A DNA stretch of 64,000 nt from Thermoplasmata archaeon (GTDB taxonomy: Archaea; Thermoplasmatota; Thermoplasmata; Lutacidiplasmatales; UBA184). The DNA lies in assembly GCA_049591535.1 (NCBI GenBank), contig JBAWFC010000008.1, positions 9,791 to 73,790 on the forward strand, read 5' to 3'. Position numbers and translations under genes: made by a program. The notes under the pieces were generated by a model. It saw only the letters and a program-made list of their open reading frames with translations. It did not search any database and was not told the DNA's origin. Each line of letters opens with the position of its first letter. Positions within the stretch are counted from its first letter, which is position 1. This document shows, in pieces, positions 26,901 through 34,774 of this stretch.

Positions 26901-28391
26901 CTAGTCGTATCCCCACGAACGCAGCCGCGCGTCGAGTGCGACCTCGGGAGCCGCGGGGCGGCTCGACGCCTCGCTCTGGCGGGCGGCCTCCTGCGCCTCG
27001 TACGGCCGGAAGACGTCGTCCCGAACCTTCTGCGCCTCGACGCCGACGAGCCGCGTCGCCGGCACGAGGTCCGGGTCCCCCGAGACCTTCCAGCGGAGGA
27101 CTTCCCCCGAAGCGAGGTCGAGAACGAACTTCTCGTCGCCCCGGTACGCCGCCAACTGGCGGCGGTTCCACGGCTGGTCCACGCGGATCCCACGGAGCGA
27201 GCGGTTCGGGTCGGAGGCCGGACCGCCCTCGCAGAAGACGGTCCCCGAATCCGGAGCCGTCACGGAGAACGGGAACGGGGCGTGGCCCGCGTCGTCGTAG
27301 GGCACGCCGCCGGAGGCGACCGCCTTGATCCACGAATCGAGCTCGCAGAGGCTCACCCAGCGATCGACGCGCCGCGGCACCGAGAGGTTCGCCGGGGGCG
27401 ACACCACGAGCGGCACCCGGGTGATCGAGTCGGTCGCCCCGCACCCGTGGAAGACGTTGCCGCTCTCGCCGAAAGATTGGCCGTGGTCGGCGGTGACGAC
27501 GACCATCGTCCGGTCCCGCTCTCCGTGCTGCTCGAGCAGCGCGAGCAGCCGGCCGATCTTGGCGTCGGCCTCTTCGATCGAGCGGACGTACCCCGCGACG
27601 AGCGCGTCCCAGTCGACGTGGTCCTGCAGGCCCGGGACCGCGAGCAGGTAGAACCGGGGGGTGTGCATGTAGGCCCGGCCGAGAAGCCCGGGGGTGTGGC
27701 CGTTGTCCACGAGCTCGTACGGTTCGTGGACGTTCACGAAGTTGAGGAACGAGTAGAACGGCCGGTCCGTCGCCCGCTCCCGGAGCCAGTCCCCGAAGTA
27801 GCCGAGTGTGAACTCCCCGCAGACGTCCGCCTTGTAGGCGACCTCCTGCGGATGGTTCAGCATCGTGAGCGGGGCGACCAGGGGAGGGAGCTTCTCGACG
27901 AGCTTGAGCACCCGCCGGGAGTAGAGGAAGTTCGCGTGCCCGAGGAGGCTGTTCGCCACCGTCCGTTGCTCGTCGGAGATCCCGATCCGTCGGGATCGGC
28001 GGAGGTCGAACCCTTCCTCCATCCCGTACCCGCCGACGAGATGGACCATCTCGCTGAACATCGCGGTCTCGTACCCGGAGCGCTTGAGGCGCGTCGCGGT
28101 CGTGTCGGGGAACGGGACGCCTCGACGGAACGTCCGGAGACCGTGCACGTTGGGGTAAGAGCCGGTGAAGATCGAGATGTGCGAGGGAACGGTCCAGTTG
28201 GCGGGGGCGACCGCTCGGGGGAACGCGGTCCCCTGCGCCGCGAGCGCGTCGATCACGGGAGTCCGCGCGACCCGGTCGCCCTCACTCGTCCGGAAGTTCT
28301 TCGCGCGAGCGCAGTCGAGGATGATGGTGACGATGTTGGGGGAACGACCTCCGCCCGAGGAGGGCGGAGACCCGCTGGAGGGACCCGTCAT
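26901..28391 (-). CDS. Sulfatase-fold enzyme, paralogue 3, Thr nucleophile position; last gene of the coupled operon
   Basis: NIVTIILDCARA, W-T-V-P-S-H-ISIFTGSYPNVHG (Thr codon 28191-28193), VTADHGQSFGESG, and C-terminus ...DARLRSWGYD. I prefer the ATG at 28389-28391 because it forms an ATGA overlap with the upstream stop. The longest ORF starts at 28409. Confidence 0.85.
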   Translation of the reverse strand: MTGPSSGSPPSSGGGRSPNIVTIILDCARAKNFRTSEGDRVARTPVIDALAAQGTAFPRAVAPANWTVPSHISIFTGSYPNVHGLRTFRRGVPFPDTTATRLKRSGYETAMFSEMVHLVGGYGMEEGFDLRRSRRIGISDEQRTVANSLLGHANFLYSRRVLKLVEKLPPLVAPLTMLNHPQEVAYKADVCGEFTLGYFGDWLRERATDRPFYSFLNFVNVHEPYELVDNGHTPGLLGRAYMHTPRFYLLAVPGLQDHVDWDALVAGYVRSIEEADAKIGRLLALLEQHGERDRTMVVVTADHGQSFGESGNVFHGCGATDSITRVPLVVSPPANLSVPRRVDRWVSLCELDSWIKAVASGGVPYDDAGHAPFPFSVTAPDSGTVFCEGGPASDPNRSLRGIRVDQPWNRRQLAAYRGDEKFVLDLASGEVLRWKVSGDPDLVPATRLVGVEAQKVRDDVFRPYEAQEAARQSEASSRPAAPEVALDARLRSWGYD

Positions 28392-30814
28392 CCTTCGAGG
28401 ATCGTCCACTCGGCGTTCTGGTACTTGACGGAGAACTGGAAGACGGCCTCGTAGAACGTCGCGGTCGAGACGAACCCCGCCTGGTTCGGCAGCAGGAGGA
28501 AATGGATGTTGTGCTGGGCGAGGAACGTCGAGGTGTTCAGGACCGACGGGAGCACGATCGCGGGGTTGCTCGCGTCGTCCGTCGTGATCTCGAACGAGAC
28601 GGAGAACGGCTGGCCCGGGTGCGGGTTGTCGAACGTCATTTCCGCGTTGTTTGGTTCCCCCGATGTGATATTAGGCGTTCCCTCGGGGGCCGGGGTCGGG
28701 GTGACCCAACTTCGGATCGCGTAGTTCCCCGGCAGCTGGCCGAGCACCCCCGAGTCGTTCCACTCGAGGGCGCCCCCGGTCCACCAGTCTCCCGTCGCCG
28801 AGGGCGCGTGGAGGAACGAGTCCCCCGTGGGCGGTCCGGCGAGCGTGAGGTTGAACTGGGAGACGTTGGCGCCGTGGACCGGCGTGACCGTGACATTGAC
28901 CCACGTCGCGCCGCCCGCCGCGGTCGTCCCCAGCTCGGCGACGTCGAACCGTGGCGTGGAGTAGGTGAGGAGGGCCGAGTTCCCTGCCGGACCCGGCACG
29001 GCGAGCTGGGCGGCGTAGGGCCCGAGGTACGCCGGGGTCTCGGTGTAGTTTCCGCCCGAGGAACCGTTCGCGTAGATCGACTCGGGGACGACGTCGAGGA
29101 GCGGAAACGGGACCCCCTCGATGAACGCGCTGTACATCGGCGCCTGCGGCAGCGCCGTCGTGTTGAAGCCGGAGTAGGAGAGGGCCTGCACGTTGTTCGA
29201 CACCGCGGTCAGGGAGTTGAGGGCGAGATACGTCTCCTCGGCGTTGACGATCTGCCAGGACTCGAAGAGCAGCCAGGTCGGGCCGATGTCGAACGCGCCG
29301 CGGTCCGTGAGCGCCTCGCTCCACCGCACGGCGCCCTGGGTGGTCAGGATCGAACCGGACCGGCCGTTGGCGTTCAGCCACTGCGTCGCCTCGAGAAAGT
29401 AGGAGTCGTGGTCGGACCCGATCTCGGTCCGCTCGTTGCTCAGCACCGCGGGGACCGTGACGTTGGCGACGAAGAGCACGAGCACGACGAGCACCGCGAC
29501 GAGGGCGTACGCCTCGCGGGAGATCGTCCGACGCCGGCTGCGCCCGTTCGCCGGGGCGGGCGGAGCCATCCCGGGCGCTGGGGCCGGCCGGAGGCGCGGG
29601 GCGAGCACCCCCTCGAGGGAGAGGCAGAGGAGGAGGAGCACCGGAAACGTCAGGAAGTAAACGAATCGCGTGTAGTCGGTGTCGACGTGGACGACGTATC
29701 CGGCGACCGGGACGCCGCACGCCGCCAGCAGGCTCGCCGCGGCGATGTAGTGCCGGAGGTCGACGCGATGGGGGCGCCAACGGGCGGCGGTCGCGAGCAG
29801 GGCGAGGACCCCGAGGCCGGCGGTGACGAGGACCGCCACCGCGATCCAGGGACCCATCGTCACGCCGGCGGCGGCGGGAACGAGCATCGGCCCGCTGTTC
29901 AGCGGCCGGAAGATCTCCCCGATGTTGTCGATCAGGTACGCCGCGGGGTTCGACGCGATGTATCCCGGAACCTGGATCCGGAGGTACTTCGTGAGCTGCT
30001 CGTAGGCGACGACCGTCACTCCCAACACGATGAGCCCGGCGACGTTCGCCTTCGAGACGATCGTGCCCCACCAGCGACGGTCGGTGAGGACGAGGAGGAA
30101 CGCCGACACGACGACGGTCGCGGCGAACACCGCGAACGTCAGGTCGTGAGTGAGGTAGATCAAGCTCGCCACCCCGTAGAACAGGAGCCCGTCCCGGAGG
30201 GTCCGCGTGCGGAGGAACAGCAGCAACAGGACCAGTGCCTCGTTGAACAGGACGAACGCGAGGAAGTTCGGGTACCCTCCCCAGAACAGGATGGAGAGGG
30301 TCGTACCGTTGAGGACCATGAGCCCGACGAACAGCAACTGGAACGGACCGTGGACGAGGTACCGCCGGGCCACGTGGACCGTGGTGAGCCCGAACGCGAA
30401 CAGGAGCGCGCCGCCGAAGACGAAGTCGGCGGTGAGCGGGCTCCCGGTCAGGAGGACCGCGACCCCGAGGAGCGGAAAGATCCCCGGATTGTACAGGAAC
30501 GGTGAGCCGACGGCGTCCACGGGAGGGTGCGCCAGACCGACCCAGGCGAACGAGCGCTGGACCCAGTCTCCGCTGTCAACGCCGGGGGGCACCGGCGCCA
30601 TCCCGTAGGCGAGTTCGACGATCACGACCGAGACCACGACGAGGAGGAGTCCGAGCGCGAGGTACGCGCGCGAAGCCGAGGTCTCCGGGGGAGGGAGCGG
30701 CCGTTCCGGGACCTGTTCTCCCCGCCAGGCCGACACCAGCCACGACCGCGCGCCCCCCGCCGGGCGGGCCGGCGGCGGAGGGTACGAGTCGGGCTCCGGG
30801 TTCACGCTCGCCAC
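28388..30814 (-). CDS. GT-C-like polytopic membrane protein, paralogue B (~808 aa)
   Basis: The multi-TM N-terminal half carries VPPGVDSGDW after TM1 (Asp codon 30575-30577), FWGGYPNF, LTHDLTF and HVDTDYTRF. The sequon-rich extracytoplasmic C-terminal half ends in ...YQNAEWTILEG. The tool ORF extends to 31435, but that part overlaps the upstream gene. Candidate GTG starts at 30814 or 30805 overlap the upstream TGA (30802-30804). Confidence 0.75.
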   Translation of the reverse strand: MASVNPEPDSYPPPPARPAGGARSWLVSAWRGEQVPERPLPPPETSASRAYLALGLLLVVVSVVIVELAYGMAPVPPGVDSGDWVQRSFAWVGLAHPPVDAVGSPFLYNPGIFPLLGVAVLLTGSPLTADFVFGGALLFAFGLTTVHVARRYLVHGPFQLLFVGLMVLNGTTLSILFWGGYPNFLAFVLFNEALVLLLLFLRTRTLRDGLLFYGVASLIYLTHDLTFAVFAATVVVSAFLLVLTDRRWWGTIVSKANVAGLIVLGVTVVAYEQLTKYLRIQVPGYIASNPAAYLIDNIGEIFRPLNSGPMLVPAAAGVTMGPWIAVAVLVTAGLGVLALLATAARWRPHRVDLRHYIAAASLLAACGVPVAGYVVHVDTDYTRFVYFLTFPVLLLLCLSLEGVLAPRLRPAPAPGMAPPAPANGRSRRRTISREAYALVAVLVVLVLFVANVTVPAVLSNERTEIGSDHDSYFLEATQWLNANGRSGSILTTQGAVRWSEALTDRGAFDIGPTWLLFESWQIVNAEETYLALNSLTAVSNNVQALSYSGFNTTALPQAPMYSAFIEGVPFPLLDVVPESIYANGSSGGNYTETPAYLGPYAAQLAVPGPAGNSALLTYSTPRFDVAELGTTAAGGATWVNVTVTPVHGANVSQFNLTLAGPPTGDSFLHAPSATGDWWTGGALEWNDSGVLGQLPGNYAIRSWVTPTPAPEGTPNITSGEPNNAEMTFDNPHPGQPFSVSFEITTDDASNPAIVLPSVLNTSTFLAQHNIHFLLLPNQAGFVSTATFYEAVFQFSVKYQNAEWTILEG

Positions 30815-33402
30815 AGGATCTTCCACTCCGGGTTCGAGTAGGCGGGGGCGAACTGGAACTCGCTCTCGTAGTAGGCAAAGATCCGCCCCATTCCGGGGGT
30901 GTTCACGAGCACGAGGAAGTGGATATTGTTCTGGGCGAGGAACGCGTTCGTGTCGAAGTACGTCGGGAACGTGGTGGCCGGGTTGCTCGTTCCGGGGGTG
31001 GACATCGTGAGGGATACCGAGAGCGCCCCGTGGACCGTGGGGTTGCTGAACGTGAGGTGGTAGCCCACGCCGCCGATGAGGTTCGAGAACTTTCCGATCG
31101 GGACCGCGGAGAGCAGGACCTGGGTCGTGAGGGTCCTCGGGCTCGGGAGCTGGCCGATCTTCGCCGAGGTCTGCCACGTGATCAGGTTGGCGCTCCGCGA
31201 AAGGCTTGCGATCGTTCCCCGCTGGGCGAGCGGGGTGGGTTCCGGCTGGGTCAGGTTCAGGCTCACCCGGGTGATCTCGACCGAACTGTCTGCGGGCGTG
31301 ACCGTGATCGCGTCGCTCGCTTGACTCCCGGGACCCACGGAGGTGCTCACGTTCAGTAGGAAGTTCTGGGTCCGGTAGGCGAAGCTGAGGGTGGGGACCG
31401 GGGACGCGCTGTAGGCCACCGCGGACGGCGACCACGTCGCAGGGTCGTAGACGATGTTCTGGGCCCCGCTCGTGTTGTTGAAGTTCACGTCGAACTGGGT
31501 CGCGTTGATTCGCAGGATCGGCACAACCACCCCCTCGACGAACACGGCGTACCCCGGGGTGTTATTCAGGGAGTTCGAAGAGGTGCCGCCCATCGTCGCG
31601 GCCACGAGGTTGTTCGATATCGTGTAGTGCGAGTTGACCGCGAAGTAGCTTTCGAGGTCGCTCAGTACCTGCCAGCCGTAGAAGTGGAGCCAGGTGGGCC
31701 CGTACGTGAACGCGTTGCGATCGGAGAGCGCCTGGACCCAGCGCTGGGTGTCGCTCGTATCGGCGAGCACCGCTCCCGAGGATCCGTTCGAGCGCAGCCA
31801 TTGCATCGCCTCGACGAAGCCCGAGTTGTGAGTGGAGCTGGCGTAGGTGCTCTCCGAGAGCTGGACGGTCGGGACGGAGACTCCCACGAAGACCGCGACG
31901 AGGACGAGTGCGACCCCGGCCCGGATCGCCCACCAGCTCGGGGTCCGGTCCGGGCTCCATCGCGGGGCGACGGTCGCGTGACCTTCGGCCGAGCCGTCGA
32001 CGGCGCCGCCGGGGACCACGGCCGCGACGGCCGGGCCCGGTGCCATCCAGGGCCGGAGGAAGCGTTCGACCACGATCGTCGCCGTCAGGCCGAGGGGAAG
32101 GACGAAGAACAGCGTGAACCGTGCGTAGTCGGTATCCACGTGGGCGAGCCAGCCACCGACCGGCAGGAGGCACGCCGCGACCAGCGACGCGAGCGCGAGG
32201 GTGAGCCGCGGGGGAACCCAGCCGGACCTCGACCGGCGGACGAGGAGCATCGTCACGAACGTCGCGGCGGCGACGGCTACGAGGATTTCGGTCATCAGCG
32301 CGGAGTCGAGCGCGATCGCCGGCCCGATCGGCCACCAGAACGGGGCGTACCCGAGCGGATGGAACAGCTCTCCGAGGTTGTCGAGCACATAGGCGGCCGG
32401 GTTCGTCGAAAGGTAGCCCGGGTGCGGGATCGCGAGGGAGTCTGTGGCGAGGGTGTACGCGGCCACCGTCGCGCCGAGCAGGAGCAGGCCGCACAGGTTC
32501 GCCCACGAGAAGATCAGGCGCAGCCACCGTCGATCCTGGGCCAGAAGGAACGCACCCGCCACGAGCAGGGTTCCGAGCAAGACGACGAAGGTGAGGTCGT
32601 GGGTCAGGAACACGAGCGACGCGAAGGCGTAGAACAGCAGGCCGTCCCGCATCGACCGGGTACGGGTGAACGCGAGCAGGAAGACGAGGGCCTCGTTGAA
32701 CAGGACGAGCGCGAGGAGGTTCGGATATCCTCCCCAGAACATCACCTGCAAGACGGCCCCATTGAAGAGAATGAGCCCGACGAACAGGACCTGGAACGGT
32801 CCCGTAAGGAGGTAGCGCCGGGCGACGTGGATGGTCGTGAGCCCGAACAGCGCCAGCAGGATCCCCGCGAAGACGTAGGCGGTCGTGATCGGGTTTCCGG
32901 TCGCGAGGAGTACGGCCCCGAGGAGCGGGAACGTGAGCGGCGGGTACAGGAGCGGCTGAAGCGTCGGGTCGGCGCTGGGGAACGGCAGCCCGACGAACGA
33001 CTTCGAGAGGGTGATCCAGTGGGCGGGGTCCACCCCCGGAGGGATGGCAGAGTTCGCCGGCAGGGATCCGACGAACCCCCAGTACATCAACGCGACCGCC
33101 GCACCGACGATAACGAGGCACGGGAGAAGGTACCATCGCGTCACTTTCCCGGAGCCGGAACTGGCGACGGGACGGTTCGGTGGGGGGATGCTCGGCCCCG
33201 GAGAATCGGGGGATGCGGAGGGTCCCGGGGTGGGCGGAACGACGGCGGCAGCAACAGGTGGCATTGATACCGGACCGGCCGGCGGCGCCCGAGGCTGCTG
33301 GGGAAGTAATACGGTTTGCGCACCGAGGGAAATCGTGCGTGCGCGGACGGGTTCGATGGTCCCGTCCCTCCGGACCGGGATCGAGTCCGAAGCGGGGGTC
33401 AC
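30802..33402 (-). CDS. GT-C-like polytopic membrane protein, paralogue A (866 aa)
   Basis: IPPGVDPAHW (Asp codon 33028-33030), FWGGYPNL, LTHDLTF and HVDTDYARF are present, and the C-terminus is ...YSNPEWKILWRA. The GTG start at 33400-33402 overlaps the GT4 stop (GTGA). Confidence 0.8.
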   Translation of the reverse strand: MTPASDSIPVRRDGTIEPVRARTISLGAQTVLLPQQPRAPPAGPVSMPPVAAAVVPPTPGPSASPDSPGPSIPPPNRPVASSGSGKVTRWYLLPCLVIVGAAVALMYWGFVGSLPANSAIPPGVDPAHWITLSKSFVGLPFPSADPTLQPLLYPPLTFPLLGAVLLATGNPITTAYVFAGILLALFGLTTIHVARRYLLTGPFQVLFVGLILFNGAVLQVMFWGGYPNLLALVLFNEALVFLLAFTRTRSMRDGLLFYAFASLVFLTHDLTFVVLLGTLLVAGAFLLAQDRRWLRLIFSWANLCGLLLLGATVAAYTLATDSLAIPHPGYLSTNPAAYVLDNLGELFHPLGYAPFWWPIGPAIALDSALMTEILVAVAAATFVTMLLVRRSRSGWVPPRLTLALASLVAACLLPVGGWLAHVDTDYARFTLFFVLPLGLTATIVVERFLRPWMAPGPAVAAVVPGGAVDGSAEGHATVAPRWSPDRTPSWWAIRAGVALVLVAVFVGVSVPTVQLSESTYASSTHNSGFVEAMQWLRSNGSSGAVLADTSDTQRWVQALSDRNAFTYGPTWLHFYGWQVLSDLESYFAVNSHYTISNNLVAATMGGTSSNSLNNTPGYAVFVEGVVVPILRINATQFDVNFNNTSGAQNIVYDPATWSPSAVAYSASPVPTLSFAYRTQNFLLNVSTSVGPGSQASDAITVTPADSSVEITRVSLNLTQPEPTPLAQRGTIASLSRSANLITWQTSAKIGQLPSPRTLTTQVLLSAVPIGKFSNLIGGVGYHLTFSNPTVHGALSVSLTMSTPGTSNPATTFPTYFDTNAFLAQNNIHFLVLVNTPGMGRIFAYYESEFQFAPAYSNPEWKILWRA

Positions 33403-34649
33403 GGGCCGCCCGGGGGGCCCAACTCGACCCCGAGTTCCTGGAGCAAGCGCGCGTAGTCCGCGGCGACGTCCGTCCAGGTACGAATGGCGGACGGAACCGA
33501 GGGGCGTGGGGCGTCCAGCATCCGGTCCATCGCCTCCGCGAGCTCCGCCGGGCGGCCCGGCGGGACCAGGAGCCCGCGAACGCCGTCATGCGGCACGTTC
33601 TCGGAGGTCCCGGGGAGGTCCGTCCCGACGACGGGGACGCCGCACGCCGCGGCCTCTTCGAGCGCCGTCGCCGTCGACTCGAGCACACTCACGGAAGGGA
33701 CGACGACGAGGTCGGAGTCGCGGTAGAGGTTTCCCAGCTCGGGGTCGGGGACGAACCCGAGGAATTCGACCCGGTCTCGTAGCCCCAGCGCATCGACCTG
33801 ACGTTCGAGCGATGCCTTCGAAGGTCCGCGTCCCGCGATGCGGAGGTCGAACTCTCGCCCCCTCGACCGCAGGCGGGCGCTCGCGTCGAGCAGGATCGGG
33901 ACGCCCTTGTACGGGACCAATCGCCCGACGAACAGGATCCGCTTCCTTCCGGACGGGTCGGGGGTCCGGCGGACGGCGGTCCCCGAGGACGCCTCGGACC
34001 CGATCCCGAGGCGGGCCGGGTCGACCCCCTTCGGGATCACCCGCACCTTGTCGAGGTGATGCGAAAGCACGGGGGATGCCTCCGCATAGCCTCGGCTGTT
34101 GGAGACGATCGCGTCGCAGCCGTCGAGGGCCGGGTGGGCAGAAAATCGCCGGTACATCCGAGTCACCGTCCCCGCTCCCGGGCCTCCCTCGGCCGCCCCG
34201 AGGTCGGCATCCATGTGGTAGGTCAGAACGGCCGGGGCGCCGGCGCGGTGGGCCGTACGAACGGCGGGAGCCTCGACCATCGGGAACGGCATGTGGAGGT
34301 TGAGGGCTCGACTCCGCCGGATCTCGGCCCAGAGGCGACGTCGGGAGCCCGGCCCGAGGAGGAGGGGCCGTTGCCATGCCTCCCACGCCCGCAGCCGGGT
34401 CACTCGGGCGGCCCCGACGTCAAGGGCCGATGCCCCGGGGTCCCACCGGACGGTCGTCGTGAGGACCTGGGTCGGCGCTCGGGTGGCGAAATCCTGGGCC
34501 AGCCGGTACGCGTACTCCTCGGTGCCGCCGCGATAGGAGGGGGGGAGAGGTACCACCACGGTCACCGGGCGGGCCGGCCCTGCGGTAATCCCGTCCGCCA
34601 TTCTTCCGCCAAACCCCACTAGGTCAAGAGAACGGCGGAGCGACGGCAC
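33399..34649 (-). CDS. GT4 family glycosyltransferase (GT-B)
   Basis: The canonical GT4 C-terminal region is present: ILFVGRLVPYKGV ... FLGFVPDPEL ... DLVVVPSVSVLESTATALEEAAACGVPVVGTDLPG. The start is ATG at 34649 or at 34601. Confidence 0.85.
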   Translation of the reverse strand: MPSLRRSLDLVGFGGRMADGITAGPARPVTVVVPLPPSYRGGTEEYAYRLAQDFATRAPTQVLTTTVRWDPGASALDVGAARVTRLRAWEAWQRPLLLGPGSRRRLWAEIRRSRALNLHMPFPMVEAPAVRTAHRAGAPAVLTYHMDADLGAAEGGPGAGTVTRMYRRFSAHPALDGCDAIVSNSRGYAEASPVLSHHLDKVRVIPKGVDPARLGIGSEASSGTAVRRTPDPSGRKRILFVGRLVPYKGVPILLDASARLRSRGREFDLRIAGRGPSKASLERQVDALGLRDRVEFLGFVPDPELGNLYRDSDLVVVPSVSVLESTATALEEAAACGVPVVGTDLPGTSENVPHDGVRGLLVPPGRPAELAEAMDRMLDAPRPSVPSAIRTWTDVAADYARLLQELGVELGPPGGP

Positions 34650-34774
34650 TCTTTCGCCCTACCGGAGGTCACGCGCGGGGAGGTTCGGTGTCGAGGGTTC
34701 CGCACCGAAACCCGAGAGCGGCGACGCGACTTCCGGGACGATTCGACCACCGGCTGTGGCCGCGAAATTCGTCG

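Noticed and set aside
6773-28391. Annotating the three PF00884-like proteins as arylsulfatases acting on sulfated glycans
   Set aside because: The (C/S)-x-P-x-R formylglycine motif is replaced by T-x-P-S-H in all three, and none has a signal peptide. Sulfate-ester hydrolysis outside the cell is therefore unlikely.
30815-31435. N-terminal 207 aa of the 1015-aa tool ORF 28388..31435
   Set aside because: This part lies entirely inside the 3' end of the upstream paralogue (30802..33402) in another frame and is Arg/Pro/His-rich. The paralogue alignment begins only after ~30814.
28502-33688. Long antisense or alternate ORFs across the GT-C-like genes (28502..30505 +, 28671..30071 -, 31562..33688 -, 31627..33267 +)
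   Set aside because: All translate to Arg/Glu/Asp/Gly-rich low complexity. The chosen frames give hydrophobic TM helices and mutually alignable paralogues.
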